Part shown: piece by piece, positions 11,709-23,100 of the stretch
Numbering within the stretch: the first letter of the stretch is position 1
How the letters are laid out: each line of letters starts with the position of its first letter
Source: Tubiluchus corallicola
Taxonomy: Eukaryota; Animalia; Priapulida
Assembly (NCBI GenBank): GCA_030141605.1
Contig: JAQGDQ010001797.1
Coordinates: forward strand, 1-25,201
Length of the DNA: 25,201 bases
Direction: 5' to 3'
Made by a program: the position numbers and the translations under genes
The notes under the pieces: model-generated
Told to the model about the DNA's origin: nothing
The model's database searches: none
What the model saw: the letters and a program-made list of their open reading frames with translations, nothing else

Positions 11709-12165
11709 CCCTTTCAGTCCCAAGTTATTTTTTTAATAAATTTTTTTTTGGCTTGGTACTTTTGTTCAGTATGTCCATCTTGTTTAGTCGTGTAATAATT
11801 ATTTTTTTCTACCTGTACCCGCGTGCTAAATATAGCCTGTATCCCACGGGATACATTGGGATTCAATGGAAGCAAAAAATGTGCTTCATTTTGCAACAGC
11901 TGATAATTTTTTAAAGTATTTAAGACATTTAGTATGCATGCTATGCTGATCTGTACAAAGTCATCTCTAAAGTACTGTACCTTGAGCAGTTTTTGTGCTA
12001 TGTAGATTTTCTAGTTTGCCATTTTATCACCATTTTAGCCTATTGTTATTGGCTTAAATCAAAATAACTATTAACAGATCAAATAACTGTCAGTTTTAAA
12101 ATTTTATTAATTTTAAAGGCATAAAATATTCTCGTATCCCACTGCATACAACGGGTATGAAAGGG
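11709..12165 (-). mobile_element. piggyBac-type MITE, copy B (inverted relative to copy A)
   Basis: TTAA at 11705-11708 and 12166-12169, CCCTTTCA/TGAAAGGG termini. Reverse complement of 7909-8361 with scattered substitutions. Confidence 0.9.
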
Positions 12166-12198
12166 TTAATGGAATAAAAGGATGGTCTATTTTTATAG

Positions 12199-12370
12199 AC
12201 CCTATGAAGAACAACCCTTGTATTAAATGTGGGGAAAATACCAACTGGGTGCTTCGCATGCTTTGTTTGCATAGAGATAAAAAGCGTAAACATCAAGAGC
12301 ATAACAAATATGCAAGCAAACAAGAAAGAAAGAAAGTGTATTGTTATGGCACTGTGCTCAGCGACCGAAG
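12199..12370 (+). other. Candidate isolated exon of an unidentified spliced gene
   Basis: Acceptor ctatttttatAG and consensus donor AAG|GTAAGT, with one open frame (PMKNNPCIKCGENTNWVLRML...GTVLSDR). No recognised homology. Confidence 0.25.
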
Positions 12371-12823
12371 GTAAGTAATACTGAGCCTGCTAAGTGAATG
12401 GATTTGTGATTGCCTTGCTTCTGGGCGGCTTCACTTGTCACTTCGCTGCGACAGGATATATATGCTTTCACATATGGCCGTGACACCACTGCTGGTTCAG
12501 TGTCTCATCTTAGAAGCTTATACTGCACAATAAGCAAGATACCGGTGTCGCCACAAGTATCTTCATTACGTAAGACTTGCTGGAATTCGGCTTGAAGAAT
12601 GTCGAAGGGTAGAATAATGGAATGTCTGTGGCTTAGTATCTATTTCAATGCCATCCGTCACTATTAATTGATAATTTGTAATTAAGGAGCTATTGTTTAC
12701 TTAAATGATGTGGAAAATATGTAGATGATGTTGAAGATGCCTTTGAGTTTCACTGGGGCTTGCCTGAACGTCTGTGAATTTTCATATTGGGTTTCATACA
12801 TTTCTAATGACTCGCGGTTTCTC

Positions 12824-14868
12824 TGTCAGTGTTCTGGTATCATGTCTTTAGTTTATCAGTGCTCTGATATCATGTCTTTACTTTATCAGTACTCTGGTAT
12901 CATGTCTTTACTTTATCAGTACTCTGGTATCATATCTTTAGTTTATCAGTACTCTGGTATCACGTCTTTAGTTTATCAGTACTCTGGTATCATATCTTTA
13001 CTTTATCAGTACTCTGGTAACATATCTTTAGTTTATCAGTACTCTGGTATCATATCTTTAGTTTATCAGTCCTTTGGTATCATATCTTTAGTTTATCAGT
13101 CCTCTGGTATCATGTATTTAGTTTATCAGTACTCTGGTATCATGTATTTAGTTTATCAGTGCTCTGGCATCACGTCTTTAGTTTAACAGTACTCTGGTAT
13201 AATGTATTTAGTTTATCAGTGCTCTGGTATCATATCTTTAGTTTATCAGTACTCTGGTATCATGTCTTTAGTTTATCAGTGCTCTGGTATCATGTCTTTA
13301 GTTTATCAGTGCTCTGTTATCATATCTTTAGTTTATCAGTACTCTGGTATCATGTCTTTAGTTTATCAGTACTCTGGTATCATATCTTTAGTTTATCAGT
13401 GCTCTGGAATCATGTTTTTAGTTTATCAGTCCTCTGGTATCATATCTTTAGTTTATCAGTCCTCTGGTATCATATCTTTAGTTTATCAGTCTCTGGTATC
13501 ATATCTTTAGTTTATCAGTACTCTGGTATCATGTCTTTAGTTTATCAGTGCTCTGGAATCATGTTTTTAGTTTATCAGTCTCTGGTATCATATCTTTAGT
13601 TTATCAGTACTCTGGTATCATATCTTTAGTTTATCAGTACTCTGGTATCATGTCTTTAGTTTATCAGTGCTCTGGTATCATGCCTTTAGTTTATCAGTGC
13701 TCTGGTATCATGTCTTTAGTTTGTCAGTACTCTGGTATCATGTCTTTAGTTTATCAGTGCTCTGGTATCATGTCTTTAGTTTATCAGTACTCTGGTATCA
13801 TGTCTTTAGTTTATCAGCACTCTGGTATCATGTCTTTAGTTTATCAGTACTCTGGTATAATATCTTTAGTTTATCAGTACTCTGGTATCATGTCTTTAGT
13901 TTATCAGTACTCTGGTATCATATTTTAGTTTAACAGTATTGGTATCACGTTTTAGTTTAAAGTACTCTGGTATCTGTATTTAGTTTATAAGTGGTATGAT
14001 CATATCTTTAGTTTATCAGTACTCTGGTATCATGTCTTTAGTTTATCAGTACTCTGGTATCATGTCTTTAGTTTATCAGTACTCTGGTATCATGTCTTTA
14101 GTTTATCAGTACTCTGGTATCATGTCTTTAGTTTATCAGTGCTCTTGTATCACGCCTTTAGTTTATCAGTACTCTGGTATCATGTTTTAGTTTATCAGTC
14201 TCTGGTATCATATCTTTAGTTTATCAGTACTCTGGTATCATGTCTTTAGTTTATCAGTCTCTGGTATCATTTAGTTTACAGTCTTGGATCATGTCTTTAG
14301 TTTATCAGTGCTCTGGTATCATGTCTTTAGTTTATCAGTACTCTGGTATCATGTCTTTAGTTTATCAGTACTCTGGTATCATGTCTTTAGTTTATCAGTG
14401 CTCTTGTATCACGCCTTTAGTTTATCAGTACTCTGGTATCATGTCTTTAGTTTATCAGTCCTCTGGTATCATATCTTTAGTTTATCAGTACTCTGGTATC
14501 ATGTCTTTAGTTTATCAGTACTCTGGTATCACGCCTTTAGTTTAACAGTACTCTGGTATCATGTCTTTAGTTTATCAGTGCTCTGGTATCATGTCTTTAG
14601 TTTATCAGTACTCTGGTATCATGTCTTTAGTTTATCAGTCTCTGGTATCATGTCTTTAGTTTATCAGTCTCTGTATCAGCTTTAGTTTATCAGTACTCTG
14701 GTATCATGTCTTTAGTTTATCAGTCTCTGGTATCATTCTTTAGTTTATCAGTACTCTGGTATCATGTCTTTAGTTTATCAGTACTCTGGTATCAGCTTTA
14801 GTTTACAGTACTCTGGTATCATGTTTTAGTTTATCAGTGCTCTGGTATCATGTTTTAGTTTATCAGTG
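12824..14868. repeat. 30-bp minisatellite, roughly 68 units, consensus TTTAGTTTATCAGTACTCTGGTATCATGTC
   Basis: Head-to-tail tandem units with no spacers. Explains the SLVYQYSGIM and FSLSVLWYHV ORFs. Confidence 0.97.
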
Positions 14869-15641
14869 TTGGTTTTTTTGTTTTGTTTGTTGTTTGTTTT
14901 TGTTGGTTTTTTTGTTTTGTTGGTTACAGCAGCGGTGGCAGTAACGGCGGTAGCGGTGGCGTCAGCAGCAATAGAAGCAGCAGTTCAAATGACAGTAAAT
15001 TATGAAAGCGCCGTTTCATAAAAGTGATTTAGAAACTGGCAGGATTGAAGATGCATATAATACATAAGTTAGCAACAAATGAAAATTAGGCGTTAACCCC
15101 GTGCTTCCCGAAACAGCCAGAGAAACATCCATATGGCCAAGCTGATGGCAACTTGCTTTGAAGGCCTTCAAGATGACTCTGAACGTACCCGCACGACCTT
15201 TGCTACTCGTCTCTACTATTGGCTGGCCTTTCGGCAATAATTTACTTCTTAACAAGAGATCATTACTGTTACTGGTTGTACGCTAGCGATCATTTGCAAG
15301 CTCATTATCGAATGTATCTCTTTATGCATGAGTAAGTCGACGGGATGAAGCTATTCAATGAGGCAAAATTACGCAGGCAACTTTGTTTTGCAATTAGCAA
15401 CGCTGAGTGAGTAGAAATTAGGCACGTTTTGTAAAAAATTATTGCCATAATTATTGGATTAGTCAGTACGTTCGTCTTGGCCTTTCATATCGTTTTTATC
15501 ATTCAATATGCTAGATGGATTACATAAATAAAACTTCTGGAAATTTTAAAAGCATCTTGGAAACTATGCAAAAACATGTATTCTGCAAACATTTATAGTT
15601 GTCTGTGTATTTGCTTGTCTGCCGCCTGTCTGTTTGTCCCT

Positions 15642-15672
15642 TTCTCTCTCTCTCTCTCTCTCTCTCTCCACA

Positions 15673-15706
<34 letters not shown>

Positions 15707-15739
15707 CACATCTCTCTCTCTCTCTCTCTCTCTCTCTCC

Positions 15740-15797
<58 letters not shown>

Positions 15798-15885
15798 GTG
15801 TGTGTGCGCATGCGCGTGCGCGTGTGTGTGTGTGTGTGTGTGTGCGTGCGTTTGTGTCCCTCTCTCTCTCTCTCTCTTTCTCCCT
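15642..15885. repeat. Compound (CT)n/(GT)n microsatellite
   Basis: Directly visible. Confidence 0.95.
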
Positions 15886-16189
15886 GAGATCTATGGTGCG
15901 CGTCTACATAGTAATCGTAGTCATAGACTAACTACAGAATCTTCTTGCATTTTACGACTACGTGTACAACGGGGGGGGGGGTCCTCTCAGTCATGTTAGG
16001 CCTATGAAGCATCAAAGCGTCCAGCGTGTGGCGTCTGGTTGCTGACTTCCAGCATCGAGCGTCTAGCGTTCACTGGGTGGAAAGTTATCAAATATCTAAG
16101 GTTGCTCGCAGAAAAAATGGACGTTTTCAAATTTATTTTTGCAATACTTTCTTTTTTGCATCACTTATTCGTATCATAATTCGTTATTG

Positions 16190-16596
<407 letters not shown>

Positions 16597-17186
16597 TTTA
16601 ACAAACCTTTCTTTCTGTTGTTAAGTATGTTCCAGGGTTGAGTGAAATGGAATAATCGAATTTTCACTCTATAACAATCTTGCGATATTTACAGAACTTT
16701 TCTTGGAACTTTTAGTTTCCAATCTCGGGCTCTGAGCGCGTTTCAAGTCTTACGAGCGAATTGGAACTGTCATGAACACTAGTTTATACATCCCTACTTG
16801 TAAAATTGCATCAACAATATTGAACTGCCTCATGCTATTGACCATAGAGATTATTTTAAATGCCATGGGCCCGTATACGCATGCTTTGAATCAGCGGGTC
16901 TCTCTGTCATAGCAAAAGATGGACGAGAAATTATTTTTTAATCAATTTTTCGCCAGGCGACAGCTCTGGACATCAAATCAGTCATGCGGCTTTATTTCAT
17001 CAATCGTCGTGGGTAAAACTTATTGCCAATGTACACGAACATTTAAATTGAAGCATGTAAGAGTATTTCCCGTCACTGTGTCAGTGGAATAATGTAACAA
17101 GGTCTAGAATTATAATGCACGATAATGCAGGAACCTGTCAAAAACTGTTGGTGCTTTTGAAAAGAATGGCCTCGAAGAAGGAGGAC

Positions 17187-17212
17187 GAGAGAGGGAGAGA
17201 GAGAGACAGAGA

Positions 17213-17270
<58 letters not shown>
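17187..17270. repeat. (GA)n microsatellite
   Basis: Directly visible. Confidence 0.95.
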
Positions 17271-17272
<2 letters not shown>

Positions 17273-18010
17273 TTTGATTTTTTTATTTAATTCTTTATTT
17301 CAAACATAAGTTCATATTATAATTTACATATATACAACATACAACATCATAAAAACAAAAAAACCAATACAAACAAATCACACATAAACTTAGATAAACA
17401 TGAAAATTACAACAATAGTCTCCACCATTGCTGTCTTATGTGCGATGTAAATTTAGCATCGCTTACTAAAATTTTCTGGCACATTAAATTATCACTAGTG
17501 TCAAATCTTTTCATTAAACTTAAGACAGATTTTCTATGTAGTACATCAAATTACATCGGGCGAATTTTAACACTCATCTCACGAGCACTGTAATCATATG
17601 CATATCCAAAAAATAATCTTTTTGACACAATGTGCGCAATTTTGAGTTTTAAGATATGACAATTATTAAAATGTCTCCAAGTAGACATGCAATAGAATGT
17701 ATTACAGTAAGCATTAAATAGATATCTTTTAACATCAACAGAACAATAGCTGAATTTTCTAATAAGTTGGTTTGTACGACAGTAGTATAAGGATCTTTGA
17801 TTAACAGTGTCAAGGTCATCTCGGTTATCATTTGAAATAATATGTCCCAAATATTTTTCATTATCACAGGTACGTAAAACATTATTATCTAGTTTGATGT
17901 TACCAAACATAAAATTTCTCATGATGTTTGAATTAACAGATATAAATTTAGTTTTAGCTACATAAATTTTTATGTCATACTGTTCAGCATACAATTTATA
18001 CACGTCTAGT
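17271..18010 (-). mobile_element. 5'-truncated LINE, copy 2 (same family as 206-1149)
   Basis: Same 3' end, truncated further (lacks YADD), with a premature TAA at ~17551. GA tracts on both sides. Confidence 0.92.
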
Positions 18011-18016
18011 ATTATA

Positions 18017-18160
18017 AAGAGAGAGAGAGAGGTACAGAAAGAGGGAGCGAGAAAGGCAGAAAGGCAGAGAGAGAGAGCGGGAGCGAGAGAGAAAGAGAGA
18101 GAGAGGGGGGGAGGGAGAGAGAGAGCGAGAGAGAGGGGAAAGAGAGAGTGAAGGCAGAGG
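18017..18160. repeat. Degenerate GA-rich tract
   Basis: Directly visible. Confidence 0.9.
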
Positions 18161-18490
18161 GATTTGATTTTTCCTTATTTAACGCTTTATTTCAATTTTC
18201 ATATTTATATGCACAAAATAAAAAACAAACATAAAAAAATACATCCACCAAAATTAATTAAAGTGATTAATTCAGCTTGATTACTTTTTTCTTTGTAAAA
18301 AATCAAAATGTTTACTAGCAGGTTTTTGTTTGAGCTAATTTCAGAAATTAAGCTGATTTCGAACTTCAGAAGTCATTGATATCTTTCATTAATTGTAAAT
18401 GTTCTCGACATTACAATTAAATTTGCGTTATTAAAGTTTATTAAAGTTCATAAACAGTTCAACTGCTTGCGATTACAATACAATAGTGGA
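18161..18490 (-). mobile_element. Possible 3' end of a related, older LINE family
   Basis: Terminus gatttgattttt..tattta..ctttatttcaa resembles the ends at 206 and 17271 and also abuts GA. The body is divergent. Confidence 0.4.
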
Positions 18491-18952
18491 AACCGTGGCA
18501 CATACACCTGTATTTGACCTAAGCATTTTCACAGAGCTAACCTCAAAGAAAATTGTCTGAAGGTTTCGGTAGAACTAATACAAAGTTATTTCGTAAAACG
18601 GTCGTGAAGTTCAGCGAGCGGAGATTTTCTAAATTGCAGCTTAATCTTGCCTGTTAGGTTTCACAGCCATTTCAAATTTCTCAGTTGATCCGATCTGAAA
18701 TTTCGTCCCACAGCAATAAGATTCGATTCTAACTGCTTAGTGCTTTAGCTACAAGTTAGATGGTATGGAGCCTGAGTTACTGTGTCCTAGTCTAGGCCTA
18801 CCAATCAACTTTTTGTTGCAGGTTTTACGTCCTTCTGTCTTTAATTTTCCGATTCACAACTATTCGCTCAAGTGACAATTTTAACAAATCAGTCTAGCAA
18901 ACACGTGATAAGTTTAATTATGGTTTCTTTATCATTATTACTAATAAACTGA

Positions 18953-18988
18953 TCATCGTCATCATAATCATCATCATCGTCGTCGTCG

Positions 18989-19035
<47 letters not shown>

Positions 19036-19146
19036 GTCATCATCATCATTCTCATCATCATAATCATTGTTGTCATCATCATCGTCATCATCATCATTGC
19101 CATCATAGTCGTCATCGTCATCACCATCGTAATAATCGTCATCATG
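18953..19146. repeat. (CAT)n/(CGT) trinucleotide microsatellite
   Basis: Directly visible. Explains the poly-Met ORF. Confidence 0.95.
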
Positions 19147-19152
19147 TGTACC

Positions 19153-19169
19153 GTCTCTCTCTCTCTCTC

Positions 19170-19210
<41 letters not shown>

Positions 19211-19230
19211 TTCTCTCTCTCGCTCTCTCC
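19153..19230. repeat. (CT)n microsatellite
   Basis: Directly visible. Confidence 0.95.
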
Positions 19231-19318
19231 CAGTTTCTCTCTGCTTTCTTGATTTAAAATAATACACTATTTTTAACAATACAATCGACTTCTCGCTTAA
19301 TCGTCCTTACAAGTGCAA

Positions 19319-19357
19319 TTTATTTCAACTTTTCGGGAGATTATCTTTATTTTTATT
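19319..19357 (-). promoter_or_regulatory. Candidate polyadenylation signals for the ABCG2-like gene
   Basis: Three AATAAA hexamers on the minus strand (19352-19357, 19346-19351, 19319-19324), ~205-245 nt after the stop. The AT-rich context lowers specificity. Confidence 0.5.
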
Positions 19358-19562
19358 ATCCAAAATAATGTTTAGTAGCGTTATTATCACATTATTCTTC
19401 TGCAACACTTAATTACCTTTACTATGAACGACGAATTTGTTAACATACAAATTAAAATTAGCAATTAACATTTACTTTTAACGTAAAATAACATAATTTT
19501 TGTAACATTAGACCACATGACTATGCTTGTTACATCATGACTCTGTTATGTGTACAAACGCC

Positions 19563-21572
19563 TCATTTCAATTTCTTTATACGTCTAAGCTGAATATAAG
19601 CGATTACCCATAATCCTAGGAACATCACTCCCAATGCAAAAATGTTTTTCCAAAGATCCCAGGTGGTTTCATAGTCAATGTCTAGCTGCTGGAGGTAATA
19701 CTCCCCTGGATAACAAATCCAGACGATCGGTAGATCTGCTGCGACTGGCGTTTCGGGATTGGTGTAAGTGGTTCCACCAGGAAGTGTATTATTACCACAG
19801 AACTCCATACCCCTAAATTCATTTACGCACAAGGCATTTTGTGAAAAATAAAATATGCTTGTGTACTTTAACCAGCTAAGCCATTCAGCCATTGTGCCGA
19901 GGTTAACTAACAGTCCACTAAATACCATCATGATAACGTACACCAATGCTATTCCAAGGTTAGCAAGTGCAAACACTCCTGTGGTAGCACTCATTGCAAA
20001 TGCAACACCAGAACCTGCCAAAGATGTGAAGACGAGAGTTAAGGTGTAGAAAAAGAACTTTCCAGCATCGAATTGAAAGCCGATCATCCAGTAGGATATT
20101 ACAGCAAAGATAAACGTGGGAATGACTCGCATTGGAATGACATCGCAAAAGAGTTTTGCCATAAAATAGGCTGATGCAGGATAGAATCCGCTGATGTTCT
20201 CATGAATAAATATATGTCGTTCCCTGATGAATAATTCTATTGAATCCATGTTTCCGAAGACCAAGTTCATTACAATAAAGAAGAATGCACCCATCCTGTT
20301 CTGGTAGCCAGATTGTAAATCAGTATCAAGTTGCAGGTAAATCAGACCCACTATAGTAGCGAAAACTATCATCATCAACAACTGCACTACTGATGTCATA
20401 GGATTTCGAATGATGTTAAGAATGTTACGCTTCGATATCAAAAGGAATTGCTGTAGAAATGATGTTGCGTAGTGTAGTTTCTCGTCCTTAACTTCCATCT
20501 TGCCATGCTGCTTGTACGTATTAAGAACCGGGTCAATGTCTTTTCTCAGACCTTTGTATTGTGATGAATTTTTATACTTGCATATTAGCTGTTCTGAAAC
20601 CGTCTGAGACTCTGACTGTTTCCGGGCAATATCTCTTGCACTGATTTCACCACTTTCCATGCGTTTTAACGCTGACTGCTTACTGCCAACGTCAGTCAGC
20701 TTTTGCTCCTCCCCATTGATTACATCAAGGAAGAAATCTGAAGGATTGTTGTGCTCTTCACATATATAACCTAACCGAGCAAAGTATTCCAGCGCAAATT
20801 CCATGGGCCCATGATAAACAACCTCTCCCATAGATAATAACATCATATTATCAAACAACTTGTAAATTGAGTAGCGGGGCTGGTGTATAGAGAATATTAT
20901 GGTTCTGTTCTTCTTTGCTAAACCTGCTAATATCAGCATGACTGTACCAGCCGTGTTAGCATCTAGTCCTGTAGTTGGCTCATCGAGAAACAGTACAGGT
21001 GGAGATATTATTAGCTCCATTCCAATGTTTGTTCGCTTTCTTTCACCTCCAGACACACCCCTGATGAATTCAGTGCCAACCTTGGTGTCCTTGCAGTCCG
21101 TCAGACCCAACTCATCAACGACGTTATCTACTCTTTCCTGCTTCTGCTGCTGCGTCATTGCGGATGGTAGCCGGAGACTTGCAGAAAACATAAGATTTTC
21201 TTCCACAGTCAAAGTTCCCATGACAACATCATCCTGCACAACGTAGCCGGTCGTTAACTTCCAGTTCTTTGGTTGTTTCTCTCCATCCACAAGGACATGA
21301 CCAGCAAGGTTTCCTGGTTCTTTCCTGCATGCCAAAACATCTAGCAATGATGACTTACCGCTTCCAGTAGGTCCCAAAATTGCATTCATTCCTTGACCAA
21401 ATTGTCCATAAACATTCCATAGAACCTTTTTCTCTTCTTTTTTGGTTTTTACCACATAGTTGACATCATGGCACGTTAATGTGGAAGCCTTTCCTCGCTG
21501 AGTGTATTGACTGTCAAAACTCATGGCACGACCTGCCACTCTCGAAGAGAAATTTGTTTCGGCAGAATTCAT
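19563..21572 (-). CDS. ABCG2: ABC transporter G-family half-transporter, ABCG2/BCRP-like, intronless CDS (669 aa)
   Basis: NBD-TMD order. Walker A GPTGSGKS, Q-loop YVVQDD, signature VSGGERKR, Walker B FLDEPTTGLD, H-loop SIHQPR and NPSDFF are all present. About six TM segments, with ABCG2-typical IPMR and FSGLLVNL. Strict orthology is untested. Confidence 0.96.
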   Translation of the reverse strand: MNSAETNFSSRVAGRAMSFDSQYTQRGKASTLTCHDVNYVVKTKKEEKKVLWNVYGQFGQGMNAILGPTGSGKSSLLDVLACRKEPGNLAGHVLVDGEKQPKNWKLTTGYVVQDDVVMGTLTVEENLMFSASLRLPSAMTQQQKQERVDNVVDELGLTDCKDTKVGTEFIRGVSGGERKRTNIGMELIISPPVLFLDEPTTGLDANTAGTVMLILAGLAKKNRTIIFSIHQPRYSIYKLFDNMMLLSMGEVVYHGPMEFALEYFARLGYICEEHNNPSDFFLDVINGEEQKLTDVGSKQSALKRMESGEISARDIARKQSESQTVSEQLICKYKNSSQYKGLRKDIDPVLNTYKQHGKMEVKDEKLHYATSFLQQFLLISKRNILNIIRNPMTSVVQLLMMIVFATIVGLIYLQLDTDLQSGYQNRMGAFFFIVMNLVFGNMDSIELFIRERHIFIHENISGFYPASAYFMAKLFCDVIPMRVIPTFIFAVISYWMIGFQFDAGKFFFYTLTLVFTSLAGSGVAFAMSATTGVFALANLGIALVYVIMMVFSGLLVNLGTMAEWLSWLKYTSIFYFSQNALCVNEFRGMEFCGNNTLPGGTTYTNPETPVAADLPIVWICYPGEYYLQQLDIDYETTWDLWKNIFALGVMFLGLWVIAYIQLRRIKKLK

Positions 21573-21798
21573 GACAAGAACTGTTCAACCCAGAATGAAA
21601 ACTCAGTCAGTATGCATAAGTTGACCAAAATACGGCACAATATAGATACTGACATTATTAATGCGAGTACTTTAACCTACATGCGCTCATTTTATTTCCA
21701 AATGCACTTAATTCAGTTCAAAGTCCGTTGTTTGTTACATTGGCCACTAGCGCTTCGTCTATAGACACAGCTGTCTATTTTTTTATGGTTCTGTATCT

Positions 21799-21826
21799 GT
21801 GACGTCACTAGCGCGTATCACGTGAT
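21799..21826. promoter_or_regulatory. CRE palindrome (GTGACGTCAC) plus E-box palindrome (ATCACGTGAT) upstream of the ABCG2-like gene
   Basis: Perfect 10-bp palindromes at 21799-21808 and 21817-21826, in a CpG-containing patch ~230-250 bp upstream of the ATG. Confidence 0.4.
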
Positions 21827-21996
21827 GGAAAGGCACGGGAGCAACAGGCTCGAGTACAGTGAGTAGACTGGCAAATAGAAGCGTGCACGTATCACGAGAT
21901 TGGTGGTGGCTTCGTTTAAGTTTAGTTTTGTGGCGCGTATTTACCTTCCTGTAAAATTTGATGCACGTGGTTAAAAAACTCGTTAAAGAAAGAATT

Positions 21997-22220
21997 TATA
22001 TATATATATATTTATTAACATATATTTGTGTGTAAGTTTTCTAAATATATATATATATGTTAAATAAAGAATTATAAAGAAGTATATATATATATATATA
22101 CTTCTTTATAATTCTTTATTTAACACACACACATATATATATATATATAAATATATAAAATATATGTATATTTATATATATTATATACAAATATATGTTA
22201 ATAAATATACATATGTATAA
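21997..22220. repeat. (AT)n-rich low-complexity region with an inverted repeat
   Basis: AT runs. gttaaataaagaattataaagaagta(TA)n..cttctttataattctttatttaac is a long palindrome at ~22058-22124. Confidence 0.9.
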
Positions 22221-22779
22221 ACGCTTTATTTCACCTATCTAAAATTAACACATTAGTATAATAAACTATTAACCAAAACGCATACAAGAACGCAACCCGA
22301 CGTATACAGGACTCTCATACGAGTGTCAGCTTTGCAGATTCAAAATTACATAATTTTGACTAAAATAATAAAATTAAATATAATTATAAAAAATAATTTT
22401 TGCGTAAAAAATGTCCATTATTTTCATCATAAGTTTAGAGATTTTTTACTTTGAAAGATTTATAAACGTTATAACTGATTAACTTAATTGATTACGACAA
22501 AATTCGTCAATAGTTTTAAGTTGTTCGTTCAATATTCTGTACAATTTTTGTAAATTTCCGTTTGCCTTTGAAATTTGGAACAACCTGCCAAATCATATCG
22601 CAATTTTGTAGCTGCTACTAATACCGCTTAGTTAACAAATAAATCTGACCTTTCATTATAACTTATTGTTAATTTAGAAGCTTTGTGATATTCTAGTCTT
22701 CTGAAGTTCATTATGTTGTCATTTCTGAACTCTTCCAAGCGCCTCAATGTTATTAGTTGCGACAAAATTTGCAAAAATT

Positions 22780-23100
22780 CATTAATTTTATTTTTTAAAT
22801 ATTAATCAAACATTCTTGCAGAATTAGAACTTGCAATTTCTTGTGGAATGGCAATTTCAAACTTTATTTGAAAAAGAGAAAATCTAGCTGCAATCAACCT
22901 ACAATAATTTAACTTATAACTTTGGCCCGTAAGCCCCATCCACAGTGGATATTCAAAGAATTCATCAAAATTCGGCAAGATCATTACGTTACATATTTTA
23001 TACGCCATTTTGTGTCAAACACCACCTTCTAATTTCTGCAAGGTAACATTTCGACAAGAGGTTTTAAAGAAGCTTCAAATGTTTTTGATGTCGAAGCCGT
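22780..23100 (-). mobile_element. Decayed CR1-like LINE 3' fragment
   Basis: YKIC...FDEFF...LTGQSYKL...RFSLF...IPQEIASSNS..MF loosely matches the CR1 ORF2 C-terminus (YKI..TRGHSYKL..R..FF..WN.LP..V.S.S..FK). Confidence 0.4.

Noticed and set aside
12824-14868. CRISPR array or repeat-protein gene
   Set aside because: Units are head-to-tail with no unique spacers, there are no cas genes, and the context is eukaryotic. The ORFs result from a unit length divisible by three and are broken by indels.
15016-15255. 79-aa minus-strand ORF in a GC-richer patch
   Set aside because: Non-ATG start, no recognisable domain and no convincing splice pair.
18918-19145. Poly-Met ORF
   Set aside because: Translation of an (ATG)n microsatellite.
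19634-21764. Short ORFs overlapping the ABCG2-like CDS
   Set aside because: Antisense or alternate-frame shadows with no independent motifs.
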